Both the position numbers and the translations under genes were made by a program. Source: an uncultured Gemmatimonadales bacterium (GTDB lineage Bacteria > Gemmatimonadota > Gemmatimonadetes > Longimicrobiales > RSA9). Taken from it: a stretch of 64,000 nucleotides of DNA. The stretch covers positions 35,804 through 99,803 of the forward strand of contig CAWAYJ010000020.1 of the NCBI GenBank assembly GCA_963786235.1, given 5' to 3'. A model generated the notes under the pieces. That model was not told the origin of the DNA and did not search any database. It saw only the letters and a program-made list of their open reading frames with translations. Shown here piece after piece: positions 56,007 to 64,000 of this stretch (its first letter is position 1; the number at the start of each line of letters is the position of its first letter).

Positions 56007-57788
56007 GTGCCGTCCGAGCGTTTCCTCGAACTCTACCGAGCCGAGTCCCGTGATTGCCTGCGCAGGCTGACGGGAAACGCACTGGCGCTGGAACGCGGCG
56101 AGCCGGGCGCGCTCGAGGAAGCGTTCCGCGCCGCCCACACACTCAAGGGCATGGCCGCGGCGATGGGTCACCGGGAAGTGGCCGAGACCGCGCACGGCAT
56201 CGAGGATCGGCTCGCGGAGGTCCGCGACGCGAAGCGCACGGCCGACGGTGCCCTCATCGACGACCTCCTCCTGCGTGCGGATGCCATGGAAGCGGCGCTT
56301 TCGGGCGATGCCGACATGGGAGTGGCGCCAGTCGAGGACCCGCGGGCGTCGCCGGGGCGGGAATCCGGCTGGCGCCCCTCGCCGCCGCGCGTGGAGGGTG
56401 CCGAAGCGGTCGTGTCGGCCCGTATCCGCCCGGACGCGGCGCTGCCGGCTGCGCGGGCGCTGGCGCTGGCCGGGGCGGCCCGGCGCTCGGGCGGTGTGGT
56501 GGCGGTCCGGCCGGAGACGCCGGCCGAGGAATTCGATGATGTCCTGCACGTATACCTCGAGTCGGCCGGAGCCGCGCAGGCGCTGGCGGCGCGGTGGCGC
56601 GAGGAGCGGGACATCGCGGCGGTGCACGTGGAGGGGAAGGGAACGGTGGCCTCGCCGCCGGTCCCCGCCCAGCCGAACGGGTCCGCCGGACCCACGATCC
56701 GGGTTGACCGGGAGCGGCTCGACCGTCTGGCGGAGGGCATCGCGGAGCTGGCCGTGCATTTCGCGACGTCGGACCGCGGTGCGGCGGGAAACGGCCAGGA
56801 GCGGGCGAGCGCGGTGGTGGCGGCCCTGCAGCGGACGATTCTCGAGCTGCGTACGGTTCCGGTCCGCGTCGTCCACGACCGTGCGCTGCGGGTGGTGCGC
56901 GACGCGGCGCGGGCCGTGGGGAAGGAGGTCGATCTCGAGTTCGGCGGCGGCGAGATCGAGATCGACCAGGCGGTGCTGGACGCGGTGACCGACCCGCTGA
57001 TGCACCTGTTGCGGAACGCGGTGGATCACGGCATCGAGGCGGCTCCCGATCGGGGAACGGCCGGCAAGCCGAGACGGGGCCGGATCCGGCTGGAGGCGGA
57101 GCGTGAGCGGACGAGCGTCCGGATCACGGTGAGCGACGACGGCCGGGGCGTGGATGCGGAGCGGGTCCTCGCGAAGGCGGCCGCCCTCGGCATCGCGGCG
57201 GCGGATTCGCGCGACGAGACGCTGCTCCGCGTCATGATGCAGCCGGGGTTCACGACCGCAAGCTCGGTCTCCAAGGTGTCGGGGCGCGGTGTCGGGCTGG
57301 ATGCCGTGAGCGCGCAGATCCGCGGTCTGGGCGGCGCGATCGACATGACGAACATGCCCGGGGCGGGAACGACCTTTACTCTTCGTGTCCCGTTCACGCT
57401 CGCCATCGTGCCCGGACTCCGGGTCCGGATCGCGGGCGACGAGTACGCGATGCCACTGACGCACGTGGCGGAAGTCGCCTCCCTGGGCCGCGATCTCGTC
57501 GGCCGGGACGGCGACCGCGAGTTCGTGCGAGTCCGCGGCGTGGCGGTCCCGCTGGTACGGCTGCGCGGGATCCTGGGCGCGGAACCGTCGGGGGACGAGC
57601 CGGCCGCGGTGGTGGTGGAGCTGGGCGAGCGGCGGATCGCGCTGGCCGTCGATGAAGTGCTGGAACACGAACCGATCGTGGTGAAGTCGTTCGACGCGCC
57701 CGTGGGCGCGCCGCCGATCTTCACCGGAGCGACGGTCCGGCCGGACGGCCGACCCGTGCTCCTGCTCGATCCGATGAGCGTGGGCTGA
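56007..57788 (+). CDS. cheA: CheA-like histidine kinase (HPt, HATPase, CheW domains)
   Basis: FRAAHTLKG, IRVD..RLD.L, HLLRNAVDHG, DDGRG, PGFTT, SGRGVGLD, C-terminal CheW domain. Confidence 0.92.
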   Translation: MPSERFLELYRAESRDCLRRLTGNALALERGEPGALEEAFRAAHTLKGMAAAMGHREVAETAHGIEDRLAEVRDAKRTADGALIDDLLLRADAMEAALSGDADMGVAPVEDPRASPGRESGWRPSPPRVEGAEAVVSARIRPDAALPAARALALAGAARRSGGVVAVRPETPAEEFDDVLHVYLESAGAAQALAARWREERDIAAVHVEGKGTVASPPVPAQPNGSAGPTIRVDRERLDRLAEGIAELAVHFATSDRGAAGNGQERASAVVAALQRTILELRTVPVRVVHDRALRVVRDAARAVGKEVDLEFGGGEIEIDQAVLDAVTDPLMHLLRNAVDHGIEAAPDRGTAGKPRRGRIRLEAERERTSVRITVSDDGRGVDAERVLAKAAALGIAAADSRDETLLRVMMQPGFTTASSVSKVSGRGVGLDAVSAQIRGLGGAIDMTNMPGAGTTFTLRVPFTLAIVPGLRVRIAGDEYAMPLTHVAEVASLGRDLVGRDGDREFVRVRGVAVPLVRLRGILGAEPSGDEPAAVVVELGERRIALAVDEVLEHEPIVVKSFDAPVGAPPIFTGATVRPDGRPVLLLDPMSVG

Positions 57789-57791
57789 TTG

Positions 57792-58409
57792 ATGCGACCG
57801 GAACGACTGGGCGAACTGCACCTCGATGCCTTGCGGGAGACCGCCAACATCGGCGCAGGCCACGCGGCCACGGCGCTGTCCGACCTGAGCGGGCGCCGGG
57901 TCATGGTTGACGTGCCGGACGTCGCGATCCGCCCGATCGACGAGGTCGCCGAGCTGCTCGGGGATCCGACCCAACCGGTGGCCGCGGTCATCGTCCGGGT
58001 ATCGGGCGACCTGAACGGCCGGGTATTGCAGGTCTTCGAGGGACGGGCGGCCGTCACGCTGGTGCACCTGCTCCGGGGTGGCGCCGAACCGGACTTCCCG
58101 GCCGGCTTCGACACGGTCGAACGGTCGGCCATGAAGGAGATCGGAAACGTCCTGGTCGGGACCTACCTGAGTGCCCTCTCCGCCCTCACCGGACTGAGCG
58201 CGACCATGACCATTCCGTCTTTCGCGCTCGACATGGCAGGTGCCATTCTGGTCGCAGGCTACGTCGATCCGGCCGTCGAGGAGGACTACGTCATTTCCAT
58301 CGCGACCCGCCTGGGTGTGGACGGGAGCGAGGATCTGCGCGCACATTTCCTCCTGATACCGGATGAAGCGTCGCTCGTGAGGATCCTCAAAGCGCTGCAC
58401 GTCGAATAG
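57792..58409 (+). CDS. cheC: CheC-family phosphatase (DifG-like)
   Basis: DALRETANIGAGHAATALS and SAMKEIGNV (two ExxN sites), DMAGAIL. Confidence 0.92.
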   Translation: MRPERLGELHLDALRETANIGAGHAATALSDLSGRRVMVDVPDVAIRPIDEVAELLGDPTQPVAAVIVRVSGDLNGRVLQVFEGRAAVTLVHLLRGGAEPDFPAGFDTVERSAMKEIGNVLVGTYLSALSALTGLSATMTIPSFALDMAGAILVAGYVDPAVEEDYVISIATRLGVDGSEDLRAHFLLIPDEASLVRILKALHVE

Positions 58410-61127
58410 ATGGAAATTGAACGGCAAGGAAGCCAGCAGCCCGCGGCGCTCCCGTGGCGAGACCGGCCGGACCCGCGGCCGGCGCCGGGCACGCACCGCT
58501 CTTCGAGGGACGCCGACATCCTGCGTGCCCTCGCCCAGCGGATCCCGTCCGGCGACGCCGCCGCGAACAACAACCTCGGCGTCGTCTACTTCCAGAAAGG
58601 CCTGCTACCGGAAGCGGTCTCGCAGTTCGAGCGCGCGCTCCAGATCGATCCCATCCTCGAGGTCGCCGAACGGAACCTGCAGATCGCCTACTTCAGCGGC
58701 GACTTCTACGACGCGTCCGTGCGTTCGCTGCACGTCATGCTCAGGCGCGATCCGAGCGACACGTCGGCGCGGCGACGCCTGGCCCGCATGTACCTGTGGG
58801 GTGGCGACGCGGCCGCCGCACTGCGCGAGCTGCACCAGCTGCGAGCCGCGTTCCCGCGTGATCCCGGCATCTGGCACGAGGTCGCCCGCGCCGAGGAACG
58901 GACGGGCGATCTCGACGCCGCGCTGCAGGCGCTGGCGGAGGCGGACCGGATCGCGCCGGGCAACGCGAAGACCGGCCTGCGCATGGGCGAGGTGTTGTAC
59001 CGTCACGGTCATCTCGAGGATGCGAGAGGACGGCTGGAGCTCGTGCTCCAGGCCGATGACACCAACGCGGAAGCGCACCATCTGCTCGCGCGCGTCTTCG
59101 ATGCGCTGGGCGAAACGGATGCGGCGCGGCGGGAGGCGGGCTTCGCCGCGGCACTGAATCCGGCGTGGGATCGAGCCGACGGTGGTCTGGCGCTCGACGT
59201 GGAGGAAGAGCGGGAAGCGGCCGCGGCGCGCCAGCTCGGCGTCGACGAGACCGGCACGCTGGCGCGCTACAACGTCGGCATCGCACTGCGCCAGAAGGGC
59301 CGCTACGGGGAGGCGGAGCAGGAGCTGGAGCGGGCGTTGCAGCAGGGTGAGGACCCGTTCCTCGTACGTCAGGCGCTGGCGGAGCTGCGCCTGTTGCGCG
59401 GCGATGAAGAGGCGCCTTCCGCGTACGCGGACCTGCTCGAACTCGAGCCGGCGAGTCCGAAGTTGTGGAACGAGCTGGGCGTGTCGCACCACCTGCAGGG
59501 GCGGCTGGCGGAGGCGCAGGACGGGTACGAACGGGCGCTGGCGTTGGATGCCGGATACGCGCTGGCCTGGAATAACCTCGGCGTGGTGCGCCACGACCGG
59601 CGCGAAGGCGATGCGGGCGCCGCGCTGGAGTCGGCGCTGCAGACGGGCCGGGCTCTGGGCGAGGTCTGGCGCAACCTCGGCTGGCTGCGTCACCGCGAAC
59701 AGCAGATCAGTGAAGCCGAGCACGCGTACCGGCGCGCGTTGGACGCCAATCCGGAATCGGCGGGGGCGTGGACGGGTCTCGGCATGCTGTTCCTCGAACG
59801 GGGCGACACGGAATCGGCGCGGGCGGCGCTGGCGCGTGCGGTCGAGGCCGATCCGGACCTCGCCGAAGCCCGCTACCACCTCGCTTTCGCGTTGTCCGCG
59901 TCGGGGGATTATCACGGAGCGCTCCGCGAGACGGGCCGGGCGCTCGAGCTCAGCCCGTACCTGACGACGCCCCGGTTCCGGCTGCTCGTCGAACTGCAGT
60001 TCGAGGACGCCGCCGTCTCCGCGCCGGACCTCGGAAGCGGGACGCAGGTGGGGGCCGGTGAGAGGGTCGAGCGGTTCGACTTCGAGCCGGATCTGATCGA
60101 GACGCTGCTGCAGCCGGACGGCGGTGCGGGCGCGCCGGACGCGAACGGCGCTGTCGAGCCATCGGCGCGGAACGCGACGCCGTCGGCTCCGGCTTCGATC
60201 GAATGGCTGGCGGCCGCGCGCGCGACGCTCGAGTCGGGGCAGTACACACAGGCAATGTCGGACGTGCAGCGAGCGGGCGCGCTCGGCGCCAATCCGATCG
60301 AGGTCCAGCTTCTGCAGGGCGAGATCTTCCTGGCGGGCGGTGCCGCGGGCGAGGCCGTGGAGCGGTTCGCTTCGGTGCTGGACGGTCTGCAGCGATTGGG
60401 CGATCCGGCCAACGCCCCGATCGACGTGCGTGATCTGGTGATCCGCGCGCTTGATGGCATTGCGCGCGCCAACCTCGATCTGGACCGTGCCTCCGTGGCG
60501 CGCCGCTACGCGGAACAGCTTCACGCGTTCGCGCCCGACACGCCCGGCGTCGCCGAACTGTTGGCCGAGGCACTCGAAGCGGCGGGCGATCCGGCGCGTG
60601 CGGCGGCAGTCATCGAGTCGGCGCTGGAGAGCGCACCGGGCCAGGTCAGCCTGCTCGCCCGGCTCGGCATGGCCTACTTCGAGATGGGCGACGCCGCGGC
60701 CGCCGAACCCGTGCTGCGCCAGGTCGCGGAGGCCGCCGGGGGAATGCCGGCGGCGCGGGCGACGCTGGCCCGGCTGCTTGTCGGCCAGAACCGGTTCGAC
60801 GAAGCGGAATCGCAGTACCGCATGGCGCTCGACGCGGTGCCGAGCTACGGCGAGGCGGCGGTCGGCCTGGCGGACCTGTTCGCGGAGACCGGCCGCTTCG
60901 ACGACGCGGTGGACGTGCTCGCCGGTTTCCTGGGGGCAGACCCGTACCACAAGGGCGCGCTGGTCCGGCTCGGCAATGTGTTGTGGCAGGCGGGCCGGCA
61001 CGAGGAGGCGAGCTTCGCGTACCGACGCGTTCTGCGCTACGAGCCGGGACACGAAGCGGCGCGGGAAGCGCTGGAGCGTCTCGAGCCGGAGGAACCCATG
61101 GCGCTGATGACGGGATCGGAGTCGTGA
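58410..61127 (+). CDS. large cytoplasmic tetratricopeptide-repeat protein
   Basis: Many TPR motifs (NNLGVVYFQKG, ARYNVGIAL, WNELG, WNNLG, ARYHLA); no signal peptide. Confidence 0.88.
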   Translation: MEIERQGSQQPAALPWRDRPDPRPAPGTHRSSRDADILRALAQRIPSGDAAANNNLGVVYFQKGLLPEAVSQFERALQIDPILEVAERNLQIAYFSGDFYDASVRSLHVMLRRDPSDTSARRRLARMYLWGGDAAAALRELHQLRAAFPRDPGIWHEVARAEERTGDLDAALQALAEADRIAPGNAKTGLRMGEVLYRHGHLEDARGRLELVLQADDTNAEAHHLLARVFDALGETDAARREAGFAAALNPAWDRADGGLALDVEEEREAAAARQLGVDETGTLARYNVGIALRQKGRYGEAEQELERALQQGEDPFLVRQALAELRLLRGDEEAPSAYADLLELEPASPKLWNELGVSHHLQGRLAEAQDGYERALALDAGYALAWNNLGVVRHDRREGDAGAALESALQTGRALGEVWRNLGWLRHREQQISEAEHAYRRALDANPESAGAWTGLGMLFLERGDTESARAALARAVEADPDLAEARYHLAFALSASGDYHGALRETGRALELSPYLTTPRFRLLVELQFEDAAVSAPDLGSGTQVGAGERVERFDFEPDLIETLLQPDGGAGAPDANGAVEPSARNATPSAPASIEWLAAARATLESGQYTQAMSDVQRAGALGANPIEVQLLQGEIFLAGGAAGEAVERFASVLDGLQRLGDPANAPIDVRDLVIRALDGIARANLDLDRASVARRYAEQLHAFAPDTPGVAELLAEALEAAGDPARAAAVIESALESAPGQVSLLARLGMAYFEMGDAAAAEPVLRQVAEAAGGMPAARATLARLLVGQNRFDEAESQYRMALDAVPSYGEAAVGLADLFAETGRFDDAVDVLAGFLGADPYHKGALVRLGNVLWQAGRHEEASFAYRRVLRYEPGHEAAREALERLEPEEPMALMTGSES

Positions 61128-61128
61128 C

Positions 61129-62259
61129 ATGGCGATAGAGGGACCTCTCCGTGAACTCGGCATCCAGGATGTGCTGCAGCTGCTCGAGCTGGCCGGCAAG
61201 ACGGGAGTCCTGACGGTCCGCTCGGAACGGCTCAATGACGAGGCCATCGTCCATTTCAAGAACGGCGAGATCGTGTTCGCGGTCCGCCGGCGCTCGACCC
61301 GCCGCATCGGTCAACTCCTGATCCGCGCGGGCCAGCTCACGCGGCCGGAGCTGGAGCAGGCGCTCGAAACGCAGCGTTCCGATCCGACGCGCCGTCTCGC
61401 CGAGATCCTGCTCGAGACCCGGGTCGTCTCGCAGACGGAACTGGAACGGCAGCTCCGGTTCCAGATGGAGGAAACCGTCTACGAGCTGATGACGTGGGAG
61501 GAAGGCTACTTCAAGTTCGAGGAGCGCGACGAGGTCGGCCGGCAACCGCTGATCTCGCGGGTGCGCGTCGACTCGCTGTTGATGGAAGGCGCGCGCCGCC
61601 TCGATGAATGGACACGGCTGGAATCGAAGGTGCCGAGCGCCGAAGCGATTCCGGTGCTCGCACCCGCCAGTGATCGCGATGTCGCGCCGCTCGACCTGAC
61701 CGTCGAGCAGTGGGAGCTGTTGGCCGAGGTGGACGGCGAACGCGATATTCGGCAACTTGCGGCGGACCTCGGACGTAGCGCGTTCGACATCGCCAAGACG
61801 GTGTTCGCGCTCGTGTCCGTCGGGATCGTGCAGGTGCAGGAGCAGACCACACAGCTGCCCGAGGAGCAGTTGCGTCGGTCCGTGCTCGAAGTACACGCCC
61901 TGCTCGGCGCCGGCCAGCTCGAGCGCGCACGAAAGCTCGCGATGGATCTCGAGTCGGCGCATTCGGACCGGGCGGAACTGGCCGTGCTCACCGGCCGCGT
62001 GCTGGCCACGCAGGGCCGGCTTCGCGCCGCCGCCGACGCGTTTGCGCGCGGCGTGAACCTGGATCCGTTGGCCGCGGAAGCGCACCTCGAGCTCGGGTTC
62101 GCGTCCGTCCGGACCGGTAACTTCGACCGGGCCGTGCGCGCCTGGGAAACGTACCTGCGACTGACGCCCGATGGCGAACACCGTGATTCCGTGGCGGGTG
62201 CGCTGGACGCCGCCCGCACCCTTTCTTCGATCCTGGAGCTGGCACCGGCACCCGCATGA
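61129..62259 (+). CDS. DUF4388 (PATAN-like) + MshEN-like + TPR protein
   Basis: MAIEGPLRELGIQDVLQLL...KTGVL, F..G.IV.A, tandem RIG..L...G.L....LEQAL..Q motif, W.EG.F.FE, LLMEGARRLDEW, C-terminal TPRs. Confidence 0.85.
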   Translation: MAIEGPLRELGIQDVLQLLELAGKTGVLTVRSERLNDEAIVHFKNGEIVFAVRRRSTRRIGQLLIRAGQLTRPELEQALETQRSDPTRRLAEILLETRVVSQTELERQLRFQMEETVYELMTWEEGYFKFEERDEVGRQPLISRVRVDSLLMEGARRLDEWTRLESKVPSAEAIPVLAPASDRDVAPLDLTVEQWELLAEVDGERDIRQLAADLGRSAFDIAKTVFALVSVGIVQVQEQTTQLPEEQLRRSVLEVHALLGAGQLERARKLAMDLESAHSDRAELAVLTGRVLATQGRLRAAADAFARGVNLDPLAAEAHLELGFASVRTGNFDRAVRAWETYLRLTPDGEHRDSVAGALDAARTLSSILELAPAPA

Positions 62260-63266
62260 AAACTCCTGCCCCCGCCGATCTGCATCGCTGGAGCGAGGAA
62301 CTCGCGCGCAATCCTGCGTCGTTGGCGTTCCTGCCTCTGGCACGGGCCTATCGCCGGCTGGGACGCCGCGACCTGGCCCTGCAACTCTGCCTGCGTGGCC
62401 TCGACCATCACCCGACTCACGTCGAGGCGCATGCACTGCTCGCGCTGCTCCACTTCGAGGCGGGCGACCGCTCGCGCGCGGCCGAGGAATGGGCCACCGT
62501 GCTCCGCCTCAAGCCGGGCAACTTCGAGGCGCTGCGCGGAATGGGGTTCCGCTACCTCGAGCAGAATGATGTCACCCGCGCACGGCAACATCTCGAACGC
62601 GCCGCCCTGATCCGGCCCGACGACACGACGGTGCAGGAGGCGCTCCGCCTCATCCGGCACCGCGAGGGCACGGCAGCGCGAGGACGGCCCGAGCCCACGA
62701 TCGTTCGCCCGCCACGCGCCGCGCCGGCGGCCGCGGAGCCTGCGCGTGCCGCACCGCTGCCGCCGCCGGCTGCGTCGGCACCCGCACCACCCGGCGCGCC
62801 GCCCGCAACCCGGACACCACCTGCGGTCGCAGCGGCACCGCCGCCGCCCGCTCCGCCCGCTCCGCCGCCGGCGCGCCCGACCGCGCCGCTGGAGTTGCCG
62901 CCGGATCCGACGACACTGTTCGATCCGCTCATGGGCGCGGGCCCGCTGCTCGGCGTGCTGCTGCTGGACCGGCGCGGGCTGGTGCTGGCGGGCAGCATGC
63001 GCACGGAGGGCGCGACCATGGAGGACCTGGGCGCGATCATCGGCGCGGCGATCGACGAAGCGATCCGCACGGTCGAACACCTCGCGCTGGGTGAATGGCA
63101 GAGCCTGGTGCTGCAGAGCGAGGGGGCCGTGCTGCAGGTGGCGCCGGTCACGGATGAGGCGCTGATTATCATGGCGGCGCGGCACGGCACGCCGATGGGC
63201 TGGATCCTGCGCGCATCGGCGCAGGCTGCCGCCCTGGCCGAGCGGTATGTGGGAGCGGGCGTATGA
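62256..63266 (+). CDS. TPR - Pro-rich linker - roadblock/LC7 domain protein
   Basis: N-terminal P.S.AF..LA.AYRR.G TPRs, Pro/Ala linker, C-terminal GVLLLDRRGLVLAG roadblock fold. Confidence 0.8.
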   Translation: MKTPAPADLHRWSEELARNPASLAFLPLARAYRRLGRRDLALQLCLRGLDHHPTHVEAHALLALLHFEAGDRSRAAEEWATVLRLKPGNFEALRGMGFRYLEQNDVTRARQHLERAALIRPDDTTVQEALRLIRHREGTAARGRPEPTIVRPPRAAPAAAEPARAAPLPPPAASAPAPPGAPPATRTPPAVAAAPPPPAPPAPPPARPTAPLELPPDPTTLFDPLMGAGPLLGVLLLDRRGLVLAGSMRTEGATMEDLGAIIGAAIDEAIRTVEHLALGEWQSLVLQSEGAVLQVAPVTDEALIIMAARHGTPMGWILRASAQAAALAERYVGAGV

Positions 63267-63631
63267 CGGACGAATACCGGGAGACGATTGCCGGACTGAG
63301 CCGTGTGCCGGGCGTGACCGGCGCCCTCGTGGTGGACCCGGACGCCGGCGTGCCGGTGGTCGAGGAGTTGCGTCCCGATGTCGCGGGGCCGGCGACTGCG
63401 GCGCTCACGGCCGCGCTCTTCCGGCGGACGGCGCAGGCGGCGGAGGCGGCCGGATTCCAGCGGCTGGACAGCCTGCAGCTCGAGGCGACGGGCGGCCAGG
63501 TCCTGATCACGGATGCTGGCGGACTCGTGGTGATCGCGCTCATCGAAGACGACGCCCAGATGGGCCGGGTCCGGCTGGAGTCCAATCGGGCGGCGCGCGC
63601 GCTACGCCGTATCGCGGAGCGGGAAATATGA
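63263..63631 (+). CDS. roadblock/LC7 domain protein
   Basis: L.RVPGVTGALVVD..G.PV...AALTA, LEATGGQVL, MGRVRL. Confidence 0.85.
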   Translation: MTDEYRETIAGLSRVPGVTGALVVDPDAGVPVVEELRPDVAGPATAALTAALFRRTAQAAEAAGFQRLDSLQLEATGGQVLITDAGGLVVIALIEDDAQMGRVRLESNRAARALRRIAEREI

Positions 63632-64000
63632 GAAGCTCCGATCTGCCCGGGCTGGTCGCGGCGCTGAAAGGCCCGGTCGATGAGTTCGTGCGCGATGCGC
63701 GCGTCCGCATCTCGATCGTGATCACCGGCAGCGGCCAGGTGCTCGGCCGGCACGGATTCACGAGCAGCTACGAGGTCATGAACGTCGCCTCGCTGGCCGC
63801 GGCCGCGTACGCGTCGGCCCGCGCCCTCGCCGAGCTGACACAGACCGGACACTGGACGCACATGCACCACGCGGGGCGGAACCAGCAGCTGTTCCTGGCC
63901 CCGCTCGAAACGCCCGTCGAGAAGCTGATCCTGGTCGCGATCTTCGACGCGGAGTCGTCGCTCGGACTGGTGCAGTTCTTCTTCGCCCGGCTGGCGGAAC
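63628..64000 (+). CDS. MglB-like roadblock protein (3' truncated by window)
   Basis: Not in the ORF track; ATG 63628 overlaps the previous stop and reads MRSSDLPGLVAALKGPVDEFVRDARVRISIVITGSGQVLGRHG...VASLAAAAYASARALAELT...HHAG...ILVAIFDAESSLGLVQ, resembling MglB (VIFD..TSLGLV). Confidence 0.8.
   Translation, partial: MRSSDLPGLVAALKGPVDEFVRDARVRISIVITGSGQVLGRHGFTSSYEVMNVASLAAAAYASARALAELTQTGHWTHMHHAGRNQQLFLAPLETPVEKLILVAIFDAESSLGLVQFFFARLAE

Noticed and set aside
1-64000. tRNA, rRNA, integrase, transposase, phage or defence genes
   Set aside because: None recognised; composition appears uniform with no island boundaries

Overview
High-GC bacterial chromosomal window, densely coding, with no rRNA, tRNA, CRISPR or mobile element recognisable. 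The gene set (PadR/ADOP permease, outer-membrane barrels, TonB, DivIVA, cdaA) suggests a diderm such as Gemmatimonadota; this is inference. The left half is accessory: an RDD-SpoIIM fusion, a PadR-ADOP permease pair, an aldo/keto reductase, an RND pump with PII-like and DUF2892 partners, two beta-barrels plus a Tyr/Gly-repeat secreted protein, a Tat-less molybdopterin oxidoreductase module (FeS-NrfD fusion, Mo subunit, SulP), cytochrome c, Hsp20, glucan phosphorylase and a second, heteromeric RND pump. The right half is mostly housekeeping (tilS-hpt-ftsH-folP-cdaA, exbB-exbD-exbD-tonB, yggS-divIVA-PNP-ileS-lspA-rluD). It runs into the most interesting locus: a receptor-less, Dif-like cheW-cheY-cheA-cheC cassette tightly coupled to a large TPR protein, a DUF4388/MshEN/TPR protein and three consecutive roadblock (MglB-like) proteins, cut off by the window end. 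Several sigma70-like and sigma54-like promoters, operator-like repeats and terminators are visible. All family calls come from motif recognition by eye; no searches were run.
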